This document shows positions 25,310-39,100 of a DNA stretch of 64,000 nucleotides, one piece after another. The notes beneath the pieces are model-generated. The model ran no database searches, was not told the origin of the DNA, and was given only the letters and a program-made list of their open reading frames with translations. Position 1 is the first letter of the stretch; the number at the start of each line of letters is the position of its first letter. This stretch comes from Octopus sinensis (lineage: Eukaryota), in contig NW_021832277.1 in the NCBI RefSeq assembly GCF_006345805.1, positions 1-64,000 of the forward strand. The letters are read 5' to 3'. The translations under genes and the position numbers were made by a program.

Positions 25310-26480
25310 TGGGTCATGGTGATGAGAGGTAGCGGTGATGGTAGTGGTGGTGATTTTGGTGATTATGGTGGTGGTGGGGATTACGGTTCTGTTGTGATGG
25401 CGGTGGTGGTGATGGTGATGGTGGTGGTGATGGTGGTGGTGGTGGTGATTGTGGTGGTTGTGGTGATGATGGTGGTGGTGGTGTTCTGTTGTGATGGCGG
25501 TGGTGGTGATGGTGATGGTGGTGGTGATGGTGGTGGTGGTGGTGATGGTGGTGGTGGTGGTGATGGTGATGGTGGTGGTGGATGGTGGTGGTGGTGGTGA
25601 TGGTGGTGGTGGTGGTGATGGTGATGGTGGTGGTGATGGTGGTGGTGGTGGTGCTGGTGATTGTGGTGGTTGTGGTGATGATGGTGGTGATGGTGTTCTG
25701 TTGTGATGGCGGTGGTGGTGATGGTGATGGTGGTGGTGATGGTGATGGTGGTGGTGGTGGTTGTTGTGGTGGTGTGGTGGTGGTGGTGGTTTGTGGTGGT
25801 GGTGGTGGTGGATGATGGTGGTGTGGTGATTGGTGGTGGGTTTGTGGTGATGATGGTGGTGGTGGTGATGGTGATGGTGGTGGTGATGGTGGTGGTGGTG
25901 GTGATGGTGGTGGTGGTGGTGATTGTGGTGGTTGTGGTGATGATGGTGGTGGTGGTGTTCTGTTGTGATGGCGGTGGTGGTGATGGTGATGGTGGTGGTG
26001 ATGGTGGTGGTGGTGGTGATTGTGGTGGTTGTGGTGATGATGGTGGTGGTGGTGTTCTGTTGTGATGGCGTGGTGGTGATGGTGATGGTGGTGGTGATGG
26101 TGTGGTGGTGTGGTGATTGTGGTGGTTGTGGTGATGATGGTGTGGTGGTGGTTTCTGTTGTGATGGCGGTGGTGGTGATGGTGATGGTGGTGTGATGGTG
26201 GTGGTGGTGGGGATTATTGTGGGTGGTGGTGATTATGGTGTTGATTATGGTGGTGGTGGTGGTGGTGGTGTGTTCTGTTGTGATGGTGGTGGTGGTGGTG
26301 ATTATGGTGGTAGTGGTGGTGATGTTCTGTTGTGATTGTGAAAATGGTGTAAATGACCATATTAATGATATTAACGATCATAACGACAACGAAAATGATG
26401 ATGATGATGGTGGTGGTGATGATGGTGGCGGCGGCGGCGGCGGCGATGGCGGTGGTGGTGGTGGTGGTGGTGGTGGTGTT
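25310..26480. repeat. (GGT)n/(GAT)n field with a ~97 bp higher-order unit
   Basis: The marker TTCTGTTGTGAT recurs at ~25387, 25484, 25696, 25958, 26055, 26153, 26273 and 26324. Confidence 0.9.
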
Positions 26481-26689
26481 GATGATGGTGATCGTATTGC
26501 TCTCCTCGCTGAAAGCAACACCGAGCGAGCGTAAGAGTGCACACGTGACAATGGCGATAATACAATGAAAGAGATTTGGGTGAGCAATCGCCAATAAGAA
26601 GACACATGGAATCTAAATGCGTCTGAACCATTTTAAAACACAGATATAATTCAATTACTTTAAAATGGAGCCTTGCATTTGAATCATTT

Positions 26690-26699
26690 CTTTATCGTC

Positions 26700-26737
<38 letters not shown>

Positions 26738-26853
26738 CGTCGTCGTCGTCATCATCATTATCATCACTATCTCACCGGCGGCGTCGTTGTTGTTGTTGTT
26801 GCGATTGATTTTCATTTTATATCATCTTCCGACCGGATTATTATTATTATTAT

Positions 26854-26918
<65 letters not shown>

Positions 26919-26979
26919 TTGTTGTTGTTGTTATTGTCAAAAAGAAAAGAAATCGTTACATTTATTGTTGTTAATAGTA

Positions 26980-27044
<65 letters not shown>

Positions 27045-27066
27045 CATTATTATTATTATCATTATT

Positions 27067-27105
<39 letters not shown>

Positions 27106-27157
27106 GTTATTGTTGCTGTTGGGATTGATTTTCATTTTATATCATCTTCCGACCGGA

Positions 27158-27192
<35 letters not shown>

Positions 27193-27201
27193 CATCATCA
27201 C

Positions 27202-27244
<43 letters not shown>

Positions 27245-27938
27245 TTAAGAATATCTCGCTTAAAAGATTTCTTGTTTGTTCTCTAAATATATATATTCCG
27301 CCAGAGCTACACAAGGCTATTTACAACATATTCTATATGCAATCTCAGTACCACTCTCCCTCTCTCCCTCTTCCCCCTCTCTCTCTCTCTCTCTCTACAA
27401 TCTCTTCTTTTCGCCTCGAACCCTCTCCATCTCTCGGACCCCTCCCCCCGCCTTCCTCTCCCCCCCTTCACACACACTCATCTCTGTGTTTTCTAAAAAC
27501 AATATTTCCCAGTCTCTCAGTAATATTTTTACATCCAATATTCTATATTCACCGCTATTCATTTTATTCTGTTTATTGTATGTTCTTCCATTCGTCTCCT
27601 TCTTTCTCTCTCTCTCTCTCTCTTTTTTTTCTTTTAGTCTCAACTTGTTTTTATTCACCCAAATTTTAGTCTTCTCCCCCACCCCCTTTACCCCCTCCCC
27701 CCCCTCCCCCCTCTCCCCTCTCTCTCCCTCCCTCCCTCCCTCTTCTTTTGTCCTAAATATTTTATTCGACATTAATTTAATTATTTATTTATTTAGGCTC
27801 TATACTAATGGCGGTACAACCGCCGATGCAGTTTTTTTTTGTATGTTTATATTTTTGTTAGTTTTGTTGTTTTATTTTTCCTGTTTATGTCTTTCTAATT
27901 ATACTCATCATTATTATTGATGGCATTATTATTATTAA

Positions 27939-27971
<33 letters not shown>

Positions 27972-27984
27972 CATTACTATTATA

Positions 27985-28015
<31 letters not shown>

Positions 28016-28093
28016 TATTATTATTATTATTATATTATTATTATTATTATTATCATTATTATTATCATTATTATTATATTATTATTATTATTA

Positions 28094-28133
<40 letters not shown>

Positions 28134-28162
28134 TATTATTATTACTATTATTATTATTATCA

Positions 28163-28202
<40 letters not shown>

Positions 28203-28250
28203 CATTACTATTATATTATTATTATTATTATTATTATTATCATTATTGTT
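26690..28250. repeat. Compound CAT/TAG/ATT microsatellites and a CT-rich tract
   Basis: Direct reading. Confidence 0.9.
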
Positions 28251-28733
28251 AGATGCATTATCGCTAATGTGATTATTAATGTTGTTAGTGTTACTTTTGT
28301 TATTGTTTTCGTATTGTTCCGAGTGTTGTAATAAGTATTCTCATATTATCATCATCATTATCATTATCACCATCATTATCATTATTGCTATAATTGTCAT
28401 TATTATTATTATCATTATTTTATTTGTATTAGCACTAATACGATTATTAACATTGTCGAGGCGGCTATTATTGTTTTCTTTTTTGCATTTCGTTTTTGTT
28501 TTTGTTTTGCCTTCTGTCGTTTCTATTAGAGGCTCTTTGTTTCAACCTTGGTTTTATCACTCATTAGTCCCTGTGAACTTCCGACACAATTCTCATAAAT
28601 TCTACAGCATTTGACTGCTGCAAAACCGATATATTCTTCCTCAACCAATTCTCCACCATTATCGCCTACACCATATATATACTAACACCGCCACCATCAT
28701 GGATAGATGGATGGATGGATGGATGGATGGATG

Positions 28734-28809
<76 letters not shown>

Positions 28810-29140
28810 CATGCATAGACCGATGGGTAGAGAAAGAAAAAGAGGGACCCGTGAGGGCACAGAGGAAAGAAAGCAATCAACACATTTTGTAGGCGTTGCA
28901 TTCATTAGTTGATATCAGTTTGATGCCGTCTATTTTTAGCATATAAGGGATCCATAAACTAATCTGTCATATTGTTTATACTTAAACAAATTTAATATTA
29001 ATTCCAAAACACCAGGAGGGCCACCGGATATGCTTGCTATAATATGCTATTAGTTGAAGAACTCCTTCATACATACATGCATGTATACATGCATAGATAC
29101 ATACATAACCAACACACCACACACAACACACACACACATA

Positions 29141-29227
<87 letters not shown>

Positions 29228-29321
29228 GTAGAAATATGTTACGAAAAGAAAATATAAAATACACGTGGAAATGTAAGGGTAAAATATTAAAAATCAACGA
29301 AAATGCATATTGCAAATAGAA

Positions 29322-29379
<58 letters not shown>

Positions 29380-30303
29380 GTGTGTGTGTGTGTATTTTAT
29401 TATAGTTCATTATATATTCAGTAAATAGTGAGTAAATTTGGGGCTAAAGGCCAAAGGTTGGCTGTGTGACTCGATCCACGTTTGTTTACAGAACATATGC
29501 ATTCGTGTCCAAGGGGCAATTTATAACGTTTTCTATCTAACAGGTTTTTTTTTATCTCAATTTTTATTACTCTTTATAGCCTCAGCTACATCGAATTCAA
29601 ACGTTAAGACCGAAATATCTTACATCTTTTTAAACATCTAAATTGATATATATGTGTGTGTGTGTGCATATATGTATATATGTATATATGTATGTATCTG
29701 TGTATGTATGCATATATATAATCATATATAGATATTTAGATGACATTTAAAGAGGTAATTATGCTGTAATAGCTTACAGCTGTTTCTGCTACGTGATGAA
29801 GTGCTCTCAGAGCTGCGTACTTCTGCATCACATTAAAGATTCCCTGAAGCTTCTAAAAGAAGTGCAAATATATTTTGAAAAGAATTTACATACATCATCG
29901 AAAATATAAAACCATATAAGAAACGGAGTATGGAGTGTGAAGTATGAAACCACTCCAGAAATATGTAGGTTGAGATCATTTTGTGTATATGTATATTTAT
30001 GTATACACATATGCGCTTCGGGAATCCCTCTATACATAACTATATGTATGCGTTTATAAAAAAAAACACACAAAAATGTGTGTTAATACACATTGTGCAA
30101 AAGACTGACATATATACATACATAATACATACATACATACATACATACATACATACATACATGCATAAATACATACATACATACATACATACATACATAC
30201 ATACATACATACATACATGACATACATACATACATACATACATACATACATACATACATACATACATACATACATACATACATACAGGCATGCATATATA
30301 CAT

Positions 30304-30597
30304 ATGTAGCCAATTGGTTCGGCTTGTCGCACTCAAACTCGTGAGATTGTGGTTTCGAATACCAGACTGGCTGCGAAGTGAGTTCTTGAGCAAGATACTT
30401 CATTTCACTTAGCTTCACTCCACTCAGCTACAAAAGCGTAACCCCACGACGGGCTTCTGATCAGGGTGGATGTTGGCTACCCTCGCCTACCCAATGAGAT
30501 GGCGTCTATTCGAAAGCTAAACCGATGCAAAGTGCATTGTGGGCATCGATGTATAACAGCATCCGATAGTCTGATTGGTCACATAAGTACGTGATAC
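30304..30597 (+). mobile_element. Diverged tRNA-derived SINE (CORE-like GTTCTTGAGCAAGATACTT) inside (CATA)n
   Basis: B-box-like GGTTTCGAATACC and the CORE-like block shared with 44268-44582, but a different 3' part ending GGTCACATAAGTACGTGATA. CATA arrays on both sides. Confidence 0.65.
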
Positions 30598-30801
30598 ATA
30601 CATACATACATACATACATACATGCATACATTTCCCTCTGTCCTCCCACCTCGGGATCTTTCTTCCTCTTATGTTTCCGACGAAGAGCTCCGCTCGAAAC
30701 GTCATACCCTCCTTCTTTCCTTTTTTCCTGAGCGCCTAATAAAACTTTAATTGTTCAACTGCTGGTTGTTGTCTTTTTTGTTTCTTGTTGGATTAACTTT
30801 A

Positions 30802-30845
<44 letters not shown>

Positions 30846-31271
30846 TATATATACTTATACAACCACAAACACACACACACACATATTATAATAGCAAAAT
30901 ATATTTATGATAACTGTAGCAACAATGATTTGGTGTTGAAGCCATTCCTAGACTAAATGATGGAATCGCTCAAATTAAGCCCAGTTCTCGTCAATTGCGA
31001 AGTAATAAATGCCGGGCAATGCCTGATATAGTTTTACTTGAAATTAAAATGTAAAAATTTCGATCAGCCTTTGTATACAACCTTCAAAGTAAAAGTGTTT
31101 TCATAGCTACTGATGGGACCAAAATAATTGATATTAATGGCTTGTTAAAACTGATGTTAATTGCCTTAAATATATTTCATTTATCAATTAGCGGAACGCT
31201 CTAATCAAGTTAAACGTTGACAAGTTAATAAAGAAAACTTTATTTCAATAAATACATAAACACACAAGTAC

Positions 31272-32385
31272 AGACATATATACTCATACTAATGTATGTA
31301 TGTATGTATGTGTGTGTGTATGTATGTGTGCGTGTATGTATGTATGTATGTATGTGTGTGTATGTATGTGTCTGTGTATGTATGTATGTATGTATGTATG
31401 TATGTGTGTATGTATGTGTGTATGTATGTATGTATGTATGTATGTATGTACGTACGTATGTATGTATGTATGTATGTATGTATATGTGTATTATGTATGT
31501 GTGTATGTATGTATGTATGTATGTATGTATGTGCGTATGTATGTATGTATGTATGTTTGTATGTATGTATGTTTCTTTGTATGTATGTATGTGTGTATGT
31601 ATGTATGCATGTATGTATGTATGTATGTATGTGTGTATGTGTGTATGTATGTGTGTATGTGTGTATGTATGTATGTATGTATGTGTGTATGTGTGTTTGT
31701 ATGTGTGTATGTATGTATGTATGTGTGTGTGTATGCATGTATGAATGAATGTATGTATGTATGTATGAATGTATGTATGTATGTATGTATGTATGTATAT
31801 GTGTATTATGTATGTGTGTGTGTATGTATGTATGTATGTATGTATGTATGTATGTATGTGTGTATGTATGTTTGTATGTATGTATGTCTGTATGTGTGTA
31901 TGTATGTATGTATGTATATGTGTATGTGTGTATGTATGTATGTATGTGTGTATGTGTGTATGTATGTGTGTATGTATGTATGTATGTATGTTTGTATGTA
32001 TGTATGTATGTTTCTTTGTATGTATGTATGTGTGTATGTATGTATGCATGTATGTATGTATGTATGTATGTATGTATGTATGTATGAATGTGTGTATGTA
32101 TGTATGTATGTATGTATGTATGAATGTGTGTATGTATGTATGTATGTATGTATGTATGTATGTATGTATGTATGAATGTATGTATGTATGTATGTATGAA
32201 TGTATGTATGTATGTGTGTATGTATATATGTATGTATGTATGTGTGTATGTATGTTTGTATGTATGAATGTATGTATGTATGTATGTGTGTATGTATGTA
32301 TGTATGTATGTATGTATGTGTGTATGTATGTATGTATGTTTGTATGTATGTATGTGTGTATTTGTATATGCATGTATGAATCTAT
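31272..32385. repeat. ~1.1 kb (TATG)n/(TG)n array
   Basis: Direct reading; source of the 399 aa and 291 aa pseudo-ORFs. Confidence 0.98.
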
Positions 32386-32634
32386 GTATTTATGGAGGTA
32401 TCTATGCATGTATATGTATATGTGCGAAGAAACGGACATTTATTTCCCTCACTCTCTTTCTCTCTCTCTCTCATCCCAAACTTTTTACTAAAATGTTTTC
32501 TACAGCCCATTAAACAATGTTCAAACTTGTTTCTACTGCAGCAATTGCACATTGCTCTGTATGCAATTATGCATCCTACTCCCTGCAATTTCATCAACGG
32601 TCCATCACTTACAAGTGAAGTAATTCAAACAACT

Positions 32635-32746
32635 TGGAGGCGCAATGGCCCAGCGGTTAGGGCAGCGGACTCGCGGTCATAGGATCGCGGTTTCGATTCC
32701 CAGACCGCGAGTCCGCTGCCCTACCCACTGGGCCATTGCGGCTCCA
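32635..32746. mobile_element. SINE family C tRNA head folded back on itself (44-bp arms, 24-nt loop)
   Basis: 32635-32678 is the reverse complement of 32703-32746 with about 3 mismatches; the sequence equals the head of 24296-24664. Confidence 0.9.
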
Positions 32747-33099
32747 CATATGTTTCGGTGGATGAATACACACTACGTCCAACAGCAAAAAATATGGTTA
32801 GCTAGGCATCATTCTTACCAGGAAAGATATAAATAGTCATTTTTTTCAGATATACGCGTGTGTGCGTGTGTGTTTGCGTGCATATGCATATAAATATATC
32901 ACATTTTCTAGGGCATCCTATATCTGTAAAAATGTCTATTTGATGAGTGTTGTTGTTTACGTCTTCCCTAATGAAACTTATGCATAGCTGACCGTAATTC
33001 TTCCTGTCTGACGTATTCATCGAAACATATGTAGAAGATATGGAGATATAAATGTTTTATAAGCCTCCTGTTTGTCTCTTTTTTCAATGTCCTATTTAT

Positions 33100-33290
33100 A
33101 TATATATATCTATATATATATATATTTTCTCTCCTTGTTTCTTTTCTGTGTTTCTTTTCTGTGTATCTTTTGTTGAAGAGCATACCGAAACGTAAAAGAC
33201 TTGTTTTTTTATATTCCTGAGCGCCATACTAATACAACTGTTTGTTTGTATTCCACCTGCCTTCGTCTTTTGTCTATTTTCATAAAGCTT
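33100..33290 (+). mobile_element. Probable Penelope-like remnant with a degenerate hammerhead-like motif; relatives at ~46400-46590 and ~30660-30800
   Basis: All three share pyrimidine tract - GAAGAG-x-GAAACGT - TTCCTGAGCG. 33120-33290 and 46410-46590 align along their length. Confidence 0.5.
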
Positions 33291-33479
33291 CCCGTTATAT
33301 ATACATGTGTATATTTAGGGCAAAAACCACTATGTGGAGAGCCATTTGCTAGAAGAAGATCACATTCGATCTAACTACAAAGGAAAATGTTCTCCACAGA
33401 AAATTCAGCGAACACCAGAATTTAGGCGAGGAAGACAGATGAAAATTATATAAAAATCAAGAATTAATTCGTATACCGG

Positions 33480-33710
33480 TTTCTTTATTATCCACAAGGG
33501 GCTAAACACAGAGGGGACAAACAAGGACAGACATAGGTATTAAGTCGATTCCATCGACCCCAGTGCGTAACTGGTACTTAATTTATCGACCCCGAAAGGA
33601 TGAAAGGCAAAGTCGACCTCGGCGGAATTTGAACTCACAGCGTAACGACAGACGAAATACTGCTACGCATTTCGCTCGGCGTGCTAACGATTCTGCCAGC
33701 TCACCGCCTT
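33480..33710 (-). mobile_element. SINE family A with a 23-bp target-site duplication
   Basis: ATTAATTCGTATACCGGTTTCTT at 33463-33485 and 33714-33736 flanks the element. Confidence 0.93.
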
Positions 33711-33781
33711 CGTATTAATTCGTATACCGGTTTCTTCTATTAAGGAATAAATATTCAATTTATCTCCCTCATTATTTAAAT

Positions 33782-33851
<70 letters not shown>

Positions 33852-34315
33852 GTTTGTGTGTGTGTGTGTGTTAAATAGAGTGGGTTTGTTAAATAAATAA
33901 ACGGGCGTTAAGATCTAGAAAACGTTAAGCCAGAGAAAAAAAGTCAAACTTAATAAACAAAGAGGAATTGAAAAAAAAGCCGGAAGAAGAGGAAATTAAA
34001 GTTGAAAAGGTTTACTGCTATAAAGCTGGCAGACTGACAATGTTGTATTCGATTACTTTTCTTAAGTGTTCGATTTGTGCAATCGATAATGTTGATTAGA
34101 GCAATGACATTATCATCTTACGTTCTTTGGAAATTTTAGTATATATCTTAGGGTTAATGTATGTATAAATGAAGCAAAAAGATAATTACCAACTAAGATT
34201 GGCGTGTATATAAATGTGTTTAATTAAAATTTAATGAAATTGGTACCTGTCGTGATTGAATAGATCACAACTGACAAGATTATGAACGGATAAATATTTC
34301 ATCAGACAACTCTCC

Positions 34316-34351
<36 letters not shown>

Positions 34352-34530
34352 CTCGCTCTCACTCCCTCTCACGCATACATATGCAAACACACACACACAC
34401 ATATGTATCTTTAGGTGTGTATATACACACATGCACACACAAATACACACAATCATACATATATAAATACATATACACATATATATATTACATCTTTAAT
34501 CTCCATTCTATCAACACTTCAATATACATG

Positions 34531-34591
<61 letters not shown>

Positions 34592-34671
34592 TATATACGT
34601 ATATATAGAGAGAGATTTATGAGTATACCTATGTGTGTGTATGTATGTGCATATATACATGTTTGTCTGCG

Positions 34672-34703
<32 letters not shown>

Positions 34704-34744
34704 GATATATATATATATATACATATATAATATATGTATATATA

Positions 34745-35979
34745 CAGGGCTTGGACAAAATAATGGAAATACTTAGCATCTTAGCATCATAATTTTGAAA
34801 TATCTATAAAACCGTCAAAAGCTTGTTTATTTTTGTTTTTCTTATTTATTATAAGTGTTGCTTAATATGTTTTGCTAAAAATTTTGTTTCTTTTCAGATA
34901 TTATCAGAAAGGGGTAATCAAAATCCATTAAAATGACAGATCTATCGAACTTTTCAAGAGGTCCAATAGTTGGTGTTCATATGGCAGGCGCTAGTGTAGC
35001 GAAAATAGGCGAAATATTTGGTGTATCAAGAAGTACTGTTTCGAAAGTAATGACAGCCTTTGAGAAAGAGTGAAAAACCTCCTCTTCAAAAGAAAACTCA
35101 CGAAGAAAATCAAGACTTTCAGATAGAGACCGTAGGACTCTTACCCGAATTGTTCGAAAGGATCATAAAAGTACAGCTCCGAAAATTACTGTAGAGCTTA
35201 ATGACTACCTCGAGAGACTACCTCGAGAACCCACAAATCCGGGTTTCACGGGAGAGCTGCAATCAGAAAACCACTTCTTTAAAAAAAAACCGTTTGCAAA
35301 GCGTTTTGAGTGGAGTAAAAACCTTCAGAATTAGTCCCTAGAGCAGTGGAAGAATGTTATCTTATCGGACGAGTCATCCTTTACCTTATTTCCGAACACT
35401 AGCCGAGTATACGCGTGGAGACAGCCAAAACAAGCATTTGACCCTGAATGCCTTTTTCCAACTGTTAAACATGGAAGAGAATCTATATCTTAAAAATCCG
35501 CCGGGCCAATGCTTTCCCTTCATGGCTGAATTAATAGTCAAGAAAAGACTATTTAAACATTTTATCTTATCAAATTCATCCTATGGTTGCGAAACTGTTT
35601 TCGGAAGGAAACGCAATCTTTCAGGATGATAATGCACCAATTCCCACAGCTAAAGTTGTTACTGAATAGCACGAAAAACATTCTAGGGAATTTGGACATC
35701 TTACCTGGCCACCACAGTCCCTAGATCTCAATATTATTGAACATTTATGGTGCATTTTAGAAAAAAAAAACAAGTAAGGAGTCGATATCCTCCACCACCA
35801 TCTACAGGACCTAGAGACTGCTTTAGCCGAAGAATCTGAAGAATAGACAATGCAAATTTTGTGCGAGTTCATACCTCGAAGAATTCAAGCTGTAATTACT
35901 GCCAAAGTCGTTCCAACCCCATATTAAAATAAGTTTGTTTGAAATTTTAAGGTGTTTCCATTATTTTGTCCAACCGCTA
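34745..35979 (+). mobile_element. Tc1-family (DD34E) DNA transposon, near full length, non-functional
   Basis: TIRs CAGGGCTTGGACAAAATAATGGAAATAC / GTGTTTCCATTATTTTGTCCAACCGCTA inserted in (TA)n. Broken transposase frames include GVSRSTVSKV, WKNVILSDES, FQDDNAP and WPPQSLDLNIIEHLW, with stops and frameshifts. Confidence 0.92.
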
Positions 35980-35982
35980 TAT

Positions 35983-36016
<34 letters not shown>

Positions 36017-36049
36017 ATATATATATATATATATGTATATGTGTGTGTG

Positions 36050-36117
<68 letters not shown>

Positions 36118-39100
36118 GAGACAGACAGATAGGGAATATATCCCAGACTTTTCAAATGTTATTGATGAGACTTAATGATAGATGGTGACATTGTTTTCCC
36201 CACAGGGACTCGAAACTATGTCTTCTGTTTTGAAGCCTTATTGTAAATACATAACACTACATACAAACAACATTTCCCAAGGCTTCAAGCAGTTACCAAA
36301 TCAGCTCTTAATGATTGTTCCATAAATGTTGTATTCCGAAACGGAGGACTTAATTGAATTGTATAGAATACTACGATGACGACAACAACAACCACGACGA
36401 CGACGACGACGACGACGATGATAATGATGATTATGATAATGCTTATGATGGTAATTCTGACGCCGAGTAGGAGGAAAAGGAGGAGTGCGATGTTAATAAC
36501 TGATGGATTATTGAGTATCTTATGTCCAGATGTTACTTAGATATGAAATTGCCAACATGTTCTGTTATGTTCTGTTATATACACCTGTTATATACACCTG
36601 TAATTCTATACGTACATGTAAAAGTAGAATTACATTGAAGAGTTTAAAATACCTGAGATGACTAGTTGTGAAACAATTCTAATTTAGCTTAAACGACTCC
36701 TTGTGTCATCGTTAGACATAAATATTTGCTCTTAGACACTTCTTTCCTCTCCGATCGTCATCATTTAACTAATTCCGTGTTATGTCCTTAGCAGCCGATT
36801 TGATTTGAGCTGAGATTCAGCAGTTTCTACCTTAAATTCAGCAGTTTCGAAGAGAAAATCAGAATGTGACGAATGGTGGCCAATTACATCTAAACTGAAT
36901 ATAGGCGGACATAATATAAAGCCCTTTCTTTTCTGATAATAAAGTTAATAATCCGAAAATTTATAATCGTATGCATTAGTTTTATTATGTAAATTAGCGT
37001 GTGTCTAATCAATTTGTTCTTTGTATTAGAAGAACTCAGTGACAAAATATTGATTTCTTTGTCGATATCTTTATTTTTTTTATCGTTGGTTGCATTATAT
37101 TTTACAGCGTAGACATCGGTTATCTAATCAATCAAATTAATTTGTTTATTCGGAAGACTTTCCCCAGACACTACAATTTACATTTTTTTGTACTTTATCG
37201 AGAAAACTTTTTTTTTCCATCGAGTAAATTTACCTGTTGTTTCTGAAACAGGAAAACCATGGGAAAAAATGGCAGAATTTATTCTTGCATGTGCTTCTCA
37301 AACGACATTGTTGTGCTTCGGTTTATTATAATTTTTTATATTTTTTTTATCATATATAGTTATTATATATGGTATTGATGAATTCATAGAATGAAAACCG
37401 TATAAAATATATAAAACTCTTTTAGAAGTATCGAAATATGAAAGTTTTGCTTACAAAATAAGTCTCTTGTGTACCATCAATCCTTCTAGTTTATTTGCAT
37501 AATACACAGACGCTTTGTCGGTTCCTTCTATTGATATTTCAGGGGTGAAATTACAATAAACAAAGTCAGCAATATAGATTATCATCTCTAGTTCTAGCCA
37601 CACGCGCACGCACACACACACACACGCACACACAGGCACACATATATTCAAATATTTCAAAAGAAAACTAAAAACCTATAATTATATAGCTCTATTTATC
37701 GGCGCGCATACACACACATACACATAAACGCACATCACACATCGGATAAACAACGATATCGATATATTCCGGCACAAGGGATACCTCTCCACTCCAATGC
37801 TTGGATTCAACAAATAAGTTCATAGCCCTTGAATATTTACACTTTTCCATACAGTTCGAAAACTGCAGGTCTTGAAATTTCTGCTGTGGAGGTTTTCAAG
37901 AGAATGGCTCTCACGTGATAAATTATTCTCTTCAACTCCCTAGGACAAGGAGTTCAAGTGTTGCAAAGTATTCTTGAACTGAGATAAACGTTCGTCATTT
38001 ATAATTGAAACACAGGCTCTGATGCATCCCCCACAATATATGTACTAGATACACTTCACCATTATTATTTTTTCAGAAAATCAATCTTCCCAAGCTGCCA
38101 TTCTAGCCGTATGCATCTAAACATCCCTGTATGAAATCCTGTGTAATTGCACTAGAATAGAAAATTAAATATTGCAAATGAGATGTGTCAGTGTACTCAC
38201 TAATCAAAACAGATGTTCTACTAAATCCATAACCTTATCCGTCAGTTACAATTTGAAGAAAAACTATTGAGTGAAACGCTTTGATGTGCTTCTGTGTAGA
38301 GTAATGATTGAGATATGATTTTTTGCTGTATAATTTCATTTCCGCGCAGCTGTCAGCAATAAGATTCCTTGTCTAAACAGTTTTGATGTGAAAGACTAAT
38401 ATTTTATTGGCGTTTCTCTATCGCCTGAGCTATAATCTCATCATTTAATCATCTGATGTTTACAAGCCACAGGCATCTTCCGATTATTGCTGATATATTT
38501 CTAAATTTCTGTTTCAAAACCTACAAGTGCTGGCTTTTTCATTGATATTTAGCCTTGAATCAAACCGGATCGAGCAGAATTATAAACAAAGACGTTTTCC
38601 AAGTAACGTGTATTATCAAACATTACAGAATTCTGTGCAAAATAACTTATAAAAGATTATACAGTGTAATTCGAGGTGATTTGGTTTCTATGTCAAACGA
38701 TCATACAGACCCCCTCTTTGTTTTCAGTTAATGGATTTCATTAAAGCTACAGAAAATATTATGAACGAATTTGTAGAACTATCTCTGTGGTATGAGATAT
38801 ATGTGTTGGAAAAAAATTAAAAGATATTTTACTTGAACATTTTCATGATCAAAAAGTACTGAATTGATTAAATATTCCTTAGGCATAGCTAAATAATGAG
38901 ACAACATTTTGGCTACAGCCAAATATGTTAACCACCATGTTTCTTAAAGATAACATGATTGCACTCGGTTAAGAAAAATAGCTGACATATTAAGCTTTAA
39001 CCTGCTATTAAACGTATTTTCAAAACTAATGATTTTTGTTTCTTTTTTGTTAATCTATTAATTTGGCACATTCGTTATCACCTCATTCAAACAATCTTTG

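Noticed and set aside
25387-26340. Regularly recurring marker resembling a CRISPR array
   Set aside because: The intervening sequence is GGT/GAT repeat, not unique spacers, and the context is eukaryotic with no cas genes.
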